Positions 39,081 through 47,712 of a stretch of 64,000 nt of DNA are shown piece after piece. Each line of letters begins with the position of its first letter. Positions within the stretch are counted from its first letter, which is position 1. The notes under the pieces are model-generated. The model saw only the letters and a list, made by a program, of their open reading frames with translations, searched no databases and was not told where the DNA came from. The translations under genes were made by a program, and so were the position numbers. Source of the stretch: an uncultured bacterium (GTDB lineage Bacteria > Desulfobacterota > DSM-4660 > Desulfatiglandales > JALVMZ01); assembly GCA_965613025.1 (NCBI GenBank), contig CBFDUE010000001.1:6323-70322 (forward strand). Direction: 5' to 3'.

Positions 39081-39286
39081 GAAAGCTTTTATAACCCCTT
39101 TTTACACTGGGGGTTATACCCCCCCTCCGGGTCGGATGACCCTCTGGGTCGGATGTCATTGCGAGCGAAGCGAAGCAATCTCATCCCCCCTTCTACCCTC
39201 GAACCATGAACCATTCTCAGATTGCTTCGCAATGACAGATTCCATTTACAGCTTTTTACTAAGAGCTTTGAAAAATTCAAAGCTCT
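39081..39286. repeat. Composite palindromic intergenic element, copy 2 (expanded, with nested inverted repeat)
   Basis: The left module ATAACCCCTTTTTACACTGGGGGTTAT (39091-39117) and the right module with palindrome AGAGCTTTGAA-AAA-TTCAAAGCTCT (39262-39286) match copy 1. Between them is a direct repeat GGGTCGGATG x2 (39129, 39146). There is also a long-range inverted repeat GTCATTGCG[AGCGAAGCG]AAGCAATC (39155-39180) / GATTGCTTCGCAATGAC (39220-39236). Confidence 0.8.
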
Positions 39287-39818
39287 ATGGGTGTATGCCT
39301 CTTATCTGCCTCTTATAGGCATCTCGTATTATATTAAACAGCCTTATGATCTCAGGATCTGCATAGTCCTTATATGTCCATCCCAAGGGGATAAAACCTC
39401 CCTTTTTATATATCAGTGTGAGATCTGCATAGATACCCCTGCTTAGATATATCCTGTGCACATAGTTCTTTCCGGTTGCAAGGATCAATCTCTCAAGGCA
39501 GATGTATCCAGGATCAATATTTATCATCCTCTTATCACCCTTAGAGTGTCTCCTTTCCACCTCATTTGTGGTAATCTTAATATCTACGATATCCTCTGGA
39601 TCTATAAGTCTTTTAAAGGATAAAAATCTTCTCCAAAGGGGCCAACCCATCTCCTTTTCATAATATCTTGTTCTGTCAAAGGAAAGTTCATGGCTTATCC
39701 AGTCTATGCTTCCAAATATCTGTTCCAGCTCTTCAATAACTTTAAATATAAGAGCCCTATCAGAGGAAAAGAGGCTTGTAATCAGTTTAACCCTCTCTGG
39801 CTCCTTGGGTAGGCTCAT
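39285..39818 (-). CDS. DUF4416-like protein
   Basis: The preferred start is the ATG at 39818 (RBS GGGAAGGGG); the ORF-track TTG at 39845 is less likely. The motif 'FDRTRYYEKEMGWPLWRRFLSF' matches my recollection of DUF4416. It overlaps the ugd 3' end by 32 nt. The stop TAG abuts repeat copy 2. Confidence 0.65.
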   Translation of the reverse strand: MSLPKEPERVKLITSLFSSDRALIFKVIEELEQIFGSIDWISHELSFDRTRYYEKEMGWPLWRRFLSFKRLIDPEDIVDIKITTNEVERRHSKGDKRMINIDPGYICLERLILATGKNYVHRIYLSRGIYADLTLIYKKGGFIPLGWTYKDYADPEIIRLFNIIRDAYKRQIRGIHP

Positions 39819-41118
39819 AACCCCTTCCCACGCAATAATACACAAACCCCATCTCTCTCATCTTCTCTGGTTCATATATGTTTTTAAGGTCTATGACTAT
39901 GGGCCTCCTGAGAAGAGATTTAATCCGCGGCCAGTCTAAGAATCTAAACTCGTTCCACTCTGTAATAATTATAAGTGCATCTGAGCCTTCTGCCACCTTA
40001 TAGGAATCTGTGCCATATTGTATATCCTTAAACAGCCTTTTGGTTGCAGGAATACCGGCTGGATCATATGCACATATCTCTGCTCCCCTCTCCAAGAGCT
40101 CTCCAATTATCTTTATGGCAGGAGACTCCCGTATATCATCTGTATTGGGTTTGAAGGTAAGGCCCAAGATCCCTAACCTTTTCCCTTTAACACCTCCAAC
40201 TGCCCTATCAATCTTTTGCACCATCCTCTTCCACTGCTCCTCATTTACCCTGATTACCGCATCAACTATCTGAAATCTATAGCCTGCTGCCTCTGCAATC
40301 TTGCTTATGGCTCTGGTGTCCTTTGGAAAGCACGAACCTCCAAATCCAGGGCCAGGATGCAAAAACTTGGGGCTTATCCTTCCGTCCAATCCCATTGCCT
40401 TTGCAACCACATGGACATCTGCACCTACCAATTCGCACAGATTGGCAATCTCATTTATAAAGGAGACCTTTGTTGCAAGAAAGGAATTGGATGCATATTT
40501 TATCATCTCAGCTGTCTCCACATTTGTTATCACAAATGGAGTTTCAATAAGATACAGAGGGGAGTATAGATCTTTCATTATGGCAATAGCCTGTTCACTA
40601 TCTGATCCTATCACCACCCTGTCAGGTCTCATAAAATCATCAATTGCAGAGCCTTCTCTCAGGAATTCAGGATTGGATACCACATCAAATGGAATTTCAT
40701 TCTTTTGATTCTTCCTGATTATCTCCTCAATCTTCTTACCTGTTCCCACTGGAACTGTGCTCTTTGTTGCAATTATCTTATAGGATCTCATAAGCCTTCC
40801 AATAGACTCTGCCACCTGATACACATATTCCAGATTGGCAGAGCCATCGGTCTCCGAAGGAGTGCCCACTGCAATAAATATCACTAAACTCCTTTCAATG
40901 GGCTCTTCTATATCTGTGGTAAAGTGCAGTCTCCCTGCTGCCACATTCTTTTTTACCATCTCCTCAAGTCCAGGCTCATATATGGGAATTCTCTCCTCTT
41001 TCAACATCTTAATCTTTTTAGAGTCATTATCCACACAAAACACATTGTTACCAAATTCGGCAAAACATGTCCCTGTTACCAGCCCAACATATCCAACACC
41101 CACAACGCATATATTCAT
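39787..41118 (-). CDS. ugd: UDP-glucose 6-dehydrogenase
   Basis: 'ICVVGVGYVGLVTGTCFAEFG', 'NPEFLREGSAI' and the catalytic 'GGSCFPKD'. Confidence 0.95.
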   Translation of the reverse strand: MNICVVGVGYVGLVTGTCFAEFGNNVFCVDNDSKKIKMLKEERIPIYEPGLEEMVKKNVAAGRLHFTTDIEEPIERSLVIFIAVGTPSETDGSANLEYVYQVAESIGRLMRSYKIIATKSTVPVGTGKKIEEIIRKNQKNEIPFDVVSNPEFLREGSAIDDFMRPDRVVIGSDSEQAIAIMKDLYSPLYLIETPFVITNVETAEMIKYASNSFLATKVSFINEIANLCELVGADVHVVAKAMGLDGRISPKFLHPGPGFGGSCFPKDTRAISKIAEAAGYRFQIVDAVIRVNEEQWKRMVQKIDRAVGGVKGKRLGILGLTFKPNTDDIRESPAIKIIGELLERGAEICAYDPAGIPATKRLFKDIQYGTDSYKVAEGSDALIIITEWNEFRFLDWPRIKSLLRRPIVIDLKNIYEPEKMREMGFVYYCVGRGYEPTQGAREG

Positions 41119-41121
41119 ATC

Positions 41122-42132
41122 TTACCTCCTCTCTTTAAAGATGCCTTCCAGATCCTCCCTCTTTACTGCATATGTTCCAAGCTCTCCAACCACCACTCCT
41201 GCAGCAAAATTTGCCATTATAGCCGCACTGCGAAGTGATATTCCTGATGATAGCGCCAATGTGATAATGGCTATGACAGTATCACCTGCACCGGTTACAT
41301 CGTAGACATCCTTAGCAGAGGCAGGTATATGGTATATACCACCATCCCTTTCAAATAGGGTCATACCGTATTTACCCTGGGTGATAAGGAGATTTTCACA
41401 ATTGAGCCCCCCTATTATACCCCTTCCCACCTCTAAGAGGCTTGAATTGTTGTCTATATGCATTCCATAAAACTGACCTGCCTCATGATGATTAGGAGTG
41501 ATAAGTGTAACTTCCCTATAAAGATTAAAATTTTTTACCTTTGGATCCACACATATGGGAATCCCTCTTTCCTTTGCAATACTTTTAAGGCCCTCCACGA
41601 TATTTTTACAGATCACCCCCTTTCCATAGTCAGATACTAAGATACCATCTATATTGTCTGCTATGGAAGATGCAAGATCTAAGATCCTCCTCTGAATATT
41701 ATCATCAATGATATCTGTCTTTTCTCTATCCAATCTTACAACCTGTTGATTATGTGCTATTATCCTTGTCTTCACCGTGGTGGGTCTGTCTTTACACATA
41801 ATAAGACCGTCTAAGGGCACTCCCATCTCTTTTAATATCTCTTTAATCCTTTTACCCTTCCCATCCTCTCCCACCACAGCGCATATCACCGCATCTCCTC
41901 CAACCGAAGTTATATTATTTAATACATTTCCCGCACCTCCCAGCCTCTCAGTGCTTCCTCTCTCTTCTACCACAGGAACCGGAGCTTCTGGAGATATACG
42001 TGATACCTTTCCCCATATGTATTGATCCAAGATTATATCTCCTACAATCAGCACCTTGGAGCTTCTAAGAAGATCCAGGTATCTTAAAAGATTCATTTTC
42101 TCTTCGAAGGGATCAATCTCTCTTATCTCCAC
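41122..42132 (-). CDS. hldA: D-glycero-beta-D-manno-heptose-7-phosphate kinase (HldE domain I / HldA-type, PfkB family)
   Basis: 'VLIVGDIILDQYIWGKVSRISPEAPVPVV...RLGGAGNVLNNI' and the C-terminal 'DVTGAGDT'. No adenylyltransferase domain is fused. Confidence 0.85.
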   Translation of the reverse strand: MEIREIDPFEEKMNLLRYLDLLRSSKVLIVGDIILDQYIWGKVSRISPEAPVPVVEERGSTERLGGAGNVLNNITSVGGDAVICAVVGEDGKGKRIKEILKEMGVPLDGLIMCKDRPTTVKTRIIAHNQQVVRLDREKTDIIDDNIQRRILDLASSIADNIDGILVSDYGKGVICKNIVEGLKSIAKERGIPICVDPKVKNFNLYREVTLITPNHHEAGQFYGMHIDNNSSLLEVGRGIIGGLNCENLLITQGKYGMTLFERDGGIYHIPASAKDVYDVTGAGDTVIAIITLALSSGISLRSAAIMANFAAGVVVGELGTYAVKREDLEGIFKERR

Positions 42133-42233
42133 CTCTTTAGACCTCTTATATAAAGGAATTGATTTTATCGTTGACTTTAATTAGCAATAACAGAGCAGAT
42201 TGTCCATAGATTAATTTTGGATTAAATAGGGAG

Positions 42234-43097
42234 ATGTGGTTCCTATTAAGCCTTTTTTCAGCCATATTTACTGCTCTGAATGATGTCATATCAAAATACT
42301 ATTTCTCAACCTACTCTGCCTATGAAATGGCTCTTATCAGGCTGCTATATGCCTTTCCATTGCTCTTTACATCCCTTATCCTTATGGACACTCCCTCATT
42401 GGACCCAATATTTTGGATATCGGTTTTACTTGCCCTTCCATTGGAAGTAGCTGCATTTCTTACATACATGGAGGCGATTAAGAGTGCACCCCTTTCCCTG
42501 TGTATCCCTTTTCTCTCCTTTACCCCAGCATTTATGATATTTACAGGGAATCTTATACTGGGAGAGAAGGTTTCAACTTCAGGGATCTTGGGGATCCTTC
42601 TTATCTTAATAGGTTCGTACATATTAAACATATCAGATATAAAGAGGGAGATAATGGGGCCATTCAAGTCCATATTCATAATAAAAGGGACAAGATTGAT
42701 GCTACTTACTGCAGCCATATATTCGGTTACTGCAACTCTTGGTAAGCTTGCGATTAATCATTCTAATCCTCAGTTTTTTGCTACATTTTATTTTACCGTT
42801 TTAAGCCTTATCTTCTTTTTAATATGGCCTTTTAGAAGGGATGCAAAGATAGATATCATTATTAAGAGGCCTTTTGCATCAGTGCTTTCAGGGCTTGTAA
42901 CTTCAGCCATGATATTTTCCCATGTCTTTGCCATAAAGCTTATTGAGGCCGCCTATATGATATCTGTTAAGAGATCAAGTCTGCTATTTGGGGTATTGTT
43001 TGGTGCCATATTCTTTAAAGAGAAAGATATAGGTAAGAGATTTATCGGTGCATCCATAATGATGTCAGGAGTTATTATAATTGGATTAATGGGATGA
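42234..43097 (+). CDS. EamA/DMT-family transporter
   Basis: 287 aa, about 10 TM helices in two EamA-like halves. Confidence 0.8.
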   Translation: MWFLLSLFSAIFTALNDVISKYYFSTYSAYEMALIRLLYAFPLLFTSLILMDTPSLDPIFWISVLLALPLEVAAFLTYMEAIKSAPLSLCIPFLSFTPAFMIFTGNLILGEKVSTSGILGILLILIGSYILNISDIKREIMGPFKSIFIIKGTRLMLLTAAIYSVTATLGKLAINHSNPQFFATFYFTVLSLIFFLIWPFRRDAKIDIIIKRPFASVLSGLVTSAMIFSHVFAIKLIEAAYMISVKRSSLLFGVLFGAIFFKEKDIGKRFIGASIMMSGVIIIGLMG

Positions 43098-44852
43098 ATA
43101 AGGAAGGGCCTTTTTAAATCTTTCAAGCTGGGCCTTATAGTAGTCTCTCCTTTCCTTTGCCATATCTAATGCCTCTCTTTCAGCCCTTATGGCCTCATTT
43201 CTCATTCCATTTACCCAGTATGCCTCTGCCAATGTATCTAAGTATGCTGCACATCTCTTCAAGGATACCGCCCTCTTTGCAAGCATCAATGCCCTTTTGG
43301 GATCCCTTAGCTCCTCTTTATCTGCGGTTGCCAAGATCCAGGCCAAATTATTTAATGCAATGTGTGCATCCTTATATGATCTTAAGATCTTTTCATAGAT
43401 TGAAACTGCCTTCCTAAGTTCTCCCATATCGTGGTATATCATAGCCACATCTATAAATAGATTGAGATCCTTTTTGGGATCTACCTTTGAAGACCTTATC
43501 AATTTGGAGGCAGAATTTAAGATGACAGCTTTTCTTATGGTGGTGCTATTAACACCATATATCAGAAGAGAGAAACCTAAAAGATATATGAAGAGACACA
43601 GTATCAGAAACCTTGTATGTCTCTTTAAGAGCATGGGATCCCTGAAAAATCTGTTTAGATATTCCACCCTCTCTTTGATGCTAAAATGGTGCCAACTCGG
43701 TAGATCCCTTATTTTGCCACTTAAAAGCGCTATCTTTTCAAGGGAAAGTATTGTGGGAGTAGGATCTCCCATTAGGTGTGCGGAAAAGGCATCTGCCTGT
43801 CTTTCTAAGTTTCGCATAAAGAATCCTACAATATATCTAAAGTATATTATCAATGAGAACACTACAGGAAGGGAAATACCCAGGTAGAGAAAGGTGTTCT
43901 TCTCAGAGATGGTATGTGGGATTAAGAGATAGAATAGGAGTTCAAAGAAGCCCTTAGAGAAGGCAACATATAGTATAAAAAATAGGAGATAGAGGTAAAA
44001 GTGGTAGAATCTTATATGCCCCATCTCATGGGCAATGACTGCCTTTATCTCCTCTAAGGTAAGATTCTCCATAAGGGAATCTGTAATGAGAATATATCTG
44101 AATCTGGGGACTATTCCCATGATTCCTGCAGTAAGCATCTGCCCTTTGAAGATGGGCCATCTTAAGATCTCTCTGTATCTAAATCCTTTATTCCTTAAAA
44201 ACTCCTTTATGGCAAAAAGCCTTTCATCGGGTATGAACTCCTTGCATCCCCATATCTTGGGAATAATTGCGGGAAGAAATATCATTAAGATAATAAGGAA
44301 GCAGGAAAATAGGATAAATTGATATATATCCCTTTCAATATATCGGATAAGTGTAGTCCAGGATAAGAGATCAAATAGAAGATCAAACAACAGATAGGGT
44401 ATGACAATAGGGATATTAAAACGAAGATTCTGAATTATATAGTCTCTCTTTCCAATATCTATAGAAAAGGTGTTTCGATATGAATCATATGAATGAAACC
44501 AGACTATACATAACATCATTAGATAGATTGATATAACAACTGTGCTTTCAAGGAGTAGAGAGAGCCTCACATAGGGTATTAGCCTTATTAGATGTCTCAG
44601 ATTAAAGAGATAGGTATCCATTGAAAATATGAGTATGGAAATAATGGAACACAGTAGCACCCTTCTATGATAGAGCTTAGGTGAACTCTCATAGGAACTT
44701 CTAAATATAACACGACACATATAGAAAAATAGCGACCACGATAGCGCTATCAGGGATAGATTAATTAAGGGTGAAAAAAGAGAGAGCTGATCCAACTCAA
44801 TATGATATATGATAAGGATGGCAATAAGGTATATGATATTATTAAAAATCAT
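43086..44852 (-). CDS. Membrane-anchored M48-family zinc metalloprotease with C-terminal TPR domain
   Basis: 588 aa with multiple N-terminal TM helices, 'VIAHEMGHIRFYH' (HExxH) and C-terminal TPR-like repeats ('AMIYHDMGELRKAVSIYEKIL...ALNNLAWILA...LDTLAEAYWVNG'). It has an ATGA overlap with rng. Confidence 0.85.
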   Translation of the reverse strand: MIFNNIIYLIAILIIYHIELDQLSLFSPLINLSLIALSWSLFFYMCRVIFRSSYESSPKLYHRRVLLCSIISILIFSMDTYLFNLRHLIRLIPYVRLSLLLESTVVISIYLMMLCIVWFHSYDSYRNTFSIDIGKRDYIIQNLRFNIPIVIPYLLFDLLFDLLSWTTLIRYIERDIYQFILFSCFLIILMIFLPAIIPKIWGCKEFIPDERLFAIKEFLRNKGFRYREILRWPIFKGQMLTAGIMGIVPRFRYILITDSLMENLTLEEIKAVIAHEMGHIRFYHFYLYLLFFILYVAFSKGFFELLFYLLIPHTISEKNTFLYLGISLPVVFSLIIYFRYIVGFFMRNLERQADAFSAHLMGDPTPTILSLEKIALLSGKIRDLPSWHHFSIKERVEYLNRFFRDPMLLKRHTRFLILCLFIYLLGFSLLIYGVNSTTIRKAVILNSASKLIRSSKVDPKKDLNLFIDVAMIYHDMGELRKAVSIYEKILRSYKDAHIALNNLAWILATADKEELRDPKRALMLAKRAVSLKRCAAYLDTLAEAYWVNGMRNEAIRAEREALDMAKERRDYYKAQLERFKKALPYSSH

Positions 44853-46327
44853 ATGATCTGATCTGATTTGATGAAATCGATATGGCTTTCTCCAGAGCCT
44901 ATCTTTTCATTGCCCTGTATTATGATCTTCATATTAAATCTCTCTTCCATATTAAGTAATTCCCTTCTCTGGGCATTCAATATGTAGGAAGCCACATCCA
45001 GTGGAAGAGTTGCCACAACCTCTTTTACGCCCCCTTTTGAGGCAATGGATTTTATATTCCTCAATACAGATGCAGATGCAGACTCCACTGACATCACCTT
45101 TCCCCTCCCTTTACAGGTAGGGCATATCTGATAGCTCTTAAGTTCAATGGAAGGATTTAACCTCTGACGGGAGAGCTCCATTAGACCAAATTTGGATATT
45201 CGGGAAAGCTCCACCTTTGCCCTGTCCTTTTTTATCTCCTCTTTTACCCTCTTTTCCACATCTCTTATATGCTCCTTGTCCTTCATATCTATGAAATCAA
45301 TAACTACCAATCCTCCTATATCTCTCAGCCTTAACTGTCGAGGGATCTCTTTGGCGGCTTCCATATTTATGATAAAGGCCATGGATTCCCTGTTTTCTCC
45401 TGCAATGGTGCTACCAGAGTTTACATCTATGGCAATCAATGCCTCTGTTGAATCTATAACTATATACCCTCCACTTTTAAGATCCACTCTTCTGCTATAT
45501 ATTCTTTCTATCTGATTCTCTATATTGTATCTCTCAAATATGGGTATATCTTCCTTATATAGCCTTATCTTCTTCTGATCCCTTGGAGAGAGTATCTTCA
45601 TATACTGTTTCAGCCTCTTATATAGACCCATATCATCAACCCATATCTCATCTATATCACGGCTATAATGGTCTCTTAATGTCCTAAAACATATATCCTG
45701 CTCTTCATGTATCAATGTCATAGGTGGCCCCTTTTTGGCCCTCTCTCTAATCTGTGTCCATAGTCTTAAAAGCCTATTCAGTTCTCTTAATATCTCCCTC
45801 TTTCTTATACCTTCAGAGGCGGTCCGCATGATGCATCCCATATAGGAGGGAAGGGGAAGGGTCGTGGCAATTCTCTTAAGTCTCTTTCTCTCTTTTTCGT
45901 CTCCTATCTTACGAGAAATCCCTATTGTATCCCTTCCAGGTGTTAATACCATGTATCTTCCTGCAAGGGTTACATATGTCGTAAGATACGCACCCTTTTC
46001 CCCTGGCATATCCTTTACAACCTGGACCAAGACCTCCTGTCCTTTCTGTATTCTCATGTCAATGGGAATATCCTTATTATCTGAAACCGCCCAATATTGG
46101 GGATGGATCTCTTCTGAGGGAAGAAAACCGTTCTTTTTCTGTCCAAAATTTACAAAACATGCTTGGAGTCTATGATCAATGTTTTCCACAATCCCCTTAT
46201 AGATATTTCCCACTGTCTGTCTTAAAGATAGGGTCTGAATATAAAAGTCTTCCAAGATGCCATCCTTAATGATTGCTACCCTAAACTCCTCCTTATGACT
46301 TGCGTCAATAAGAATCTTTCTACTCAT
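44849..46327 (-). CDS. rng: Ribonuclease G/E-family endoribonuclease
   Basis: S1 domain 'GNIYKGIVENI...ACFVNFG', 'IAIDVNSG', 'GGLVVIDFIDM' and a zinc-link-like 'CPTCKGRG'. Confidence 0.93.
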   Translation of the reverse strand: MSRKILIDASHKEEFRVAIIKDGILEDFYIQTLSLRQTVGNIYKGIVENIDHRLQACFVNFGQKKNGFLPSEEIHPQYWAVSDNKDIPIDMRIQKGQEVLVQVVKDMPGEKGAYLTTYVTLAGRYMVLTPGRDTIGISRKIGDEKERKRLKRIATTLPLPSYMGCIMRTASEGIRKREILRELNRLLRLWTQIRERAKKGPPMTLIHEEQDICFRTLRDHYSRDIDEIWVDDMGLYKRLKQYMKILSPRDQKKIRLYKEDIPIFERYNIENQIERIYSRRVDLKSGGYIVIDSTEALIAIDVNSGSTIAGENRESMAFIINMEAAKEIPRQLRLRDIGGLVVIDFIDMKDKEHIRDVEKRVKEEIKKDRAKVELSRISKFGLMELSRQRLNPSIELKSYQICPTCKGRGKVMSVESASASVLRNIKSIASKGGVKEVVATLPLDVASYILNAQRRELLNMEERFNMKIIIQGNEKIGSGESHIDFIKSDQII

Positions 46328-46357
46328 CGTGTTATGAACCTTTTGGTAGAGATATCT

Positions 46358-47701
46358 TCAGTGGTGTCTTCTCCTTCCACTGTGCCTTTCAAAGTGCTGC
46401 TGTGCCTGATACATAAAGGTTCTAATTGCTGCCTCTCTTCCTGGCTGATATGATCCGTCATATGGGGTATCTAAGTAAGGGACATTTGCCTTAGTGACAA
46501 TAGGTTTAATTATGGCAGAGGTTATGGTGCTTGGCATACATGTAAAAGGATAGACATTTACAACCCCATTATATCCCTCTTTTATATATTCAATAATTCC
46601 AGAGATGCTAAGGCATGCCTCTGTTCCCACATCAAATGAAAAGATCCCAGTCCTGATAAGTATCTTCTCTAAGTCCTTTATTCTATGATCATCTGCAATA
46701 TCCAAAATCTTTTTTATCCTCTTATAGACCTTATCCTGTTTTATCTGCTGATAATACAGATCAATCCCATACTTGAAAATCCTCTTAAATGAATCCCTTA
46801 TCCCTTCAATATTAAGATTCCTTATGTGTGCCCTCAGGTCAATCTTTGCCTCCCTGAGCCTGTCATATGTGGTATAGTTTATCCATTCTGCAATTGATGC
46901 ATTTACCACCTCTCCTCCATATCTTTCAATCATCCTTATCACATTCTGATTGGACTGAACATGGGTCCTGAGATATATCTCTCCCACAATTCCGATCAGG
47001 GGTTTGGGAGGGATTGTAGGATCTATCAGGGATTTGGCCTCCTTAGTGAGCTCTTCAAGCTGAGTGATGATGCTATCAAAATCCTTTTTCCTTCCATATC
47101 TTTCAAAGGCCTTTTCCATCTTTAAAGTTGCAGAATGAATAAACTGATCTGTGGAGCCCTCTATCTTTTCATAGGGCCTTACTCTCCAGAGCAGTCTATC
47201 CAATATATCCCCCACGATGACAGATAGATATGCCACCTTTCTGAACTCGCCTGCCTCCTCTATAAGACCTTCTACGGAATAGGAATTATAGGATGTAAGG
47301 GTGCCAATCTTTATCTTCCTAAATTCTGGAAAGGTATCTAAGACTATCCTCTGAAACTTATTGTACATTCCAAACCTACAGGGACCCTCTGACTCTGGCA
47401 TAAAATATATATAGTCTTCAGGATCAAATCTATCACCGAGCCTTTCCTTTTCTCTCTTTAAGAAATAGAGTATATCACCGGTGGTTACCTGACAGGGGAA
47501 ACACTCCTTTCCAGAGGTAAAACTCTTTCCCAGATCCAACCCTTTATAGGTATCCATCAATATGGCATTTACACCAAAGCTTCTGAATGTGCCTGCCAAC
47601 AGATGCCCCCCTATGGTATTCATCTGGGGTATCAGAAATGTCTTGCCCTTTACCTTGAAATATCCCACCCTCTCATAGAGATCTTTAAAGCCCTTTTCCA
47701 T
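46358..47701 (-). CDS. BCR/HAD-family accessory subunit (acyl-CoA dehydratase activase-related, DUF2229-like; PlsR-like?)
   Basis: The preferred ATG at 47701 has an RBS GAGGGA, 11 nt after the upstream stop; the ORF-track TTG at 47716 has no RBS. Motifs are 'FLIPQMNTIGGHLLAGTFRSFGVNAILM' and 'SGKECFPCQVTTGD'. Confidence 0.75.
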   Translation of the reverse strand: MEKGFKDLYERVGYFKVKGKTFLIPQMNTIGGHLLAGTFRSFGVNAILMDTYKGLDLGKSFTSGKECFPCQVTTGDILYFLKREKERLGDRFDPEDYIYFMPESEGPCRFGMYNKFQRIVLDTFPEFRKIKIGTLTSYNSYSVEGLIEEAGEFRKVAYLSVIVGDILDRLLWRVRPYEKIEGSTDQFIHSATLKMEKAFERYGRKKDFDSIITQLEELTKEAKSLIDPTIPPKPLIGIVGEIYLRTHVQSNQNVIRMIERYGGEVVNASIAEWINYTTYDRLREAKIDLRAHIRNLNIEGIRDSFKRIFKYGIDLYYQQIKQDKVYKRIKKILDIADDHRIKDLEKILIRTGIFSFDVGTEACLSISGIIEYIKEGYNGVVNVYPFTCMPSTITSAIIKPIVTKANVPYLDTPYDGSYQPGREAAIRTFMYQAQQHFERHSGRRRHH

Positions 47702-47712
47702 CGCTTTTTCCC

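Noticed and set aside
39079-39318. ORFs of 79 aa (+), 63 aa (-) and 74 aa (+) in the yicC-DUF4416 spacer
   Set aside because: They are translations of the palindromic repeat element ('CHCERSEAIS', 'RLLRFARNDI'). They sit on both strands of the same inverted repeats and have no RBS, so they are better explained as non-coding repeat DNA.
40835-41305. 156-aa plus-strand ORF across the ugd/hldA junction, and similar long antisense ORFs at 21645..22160, 55453..55950, 60733..61155 and 62568..62960
   Set aside because: All lie inside confidently assigned genes on the opposite strand and give S/L/P-rich low-complexity products. They are expected by chance in AT-rich genes with few reverse-frame stops.
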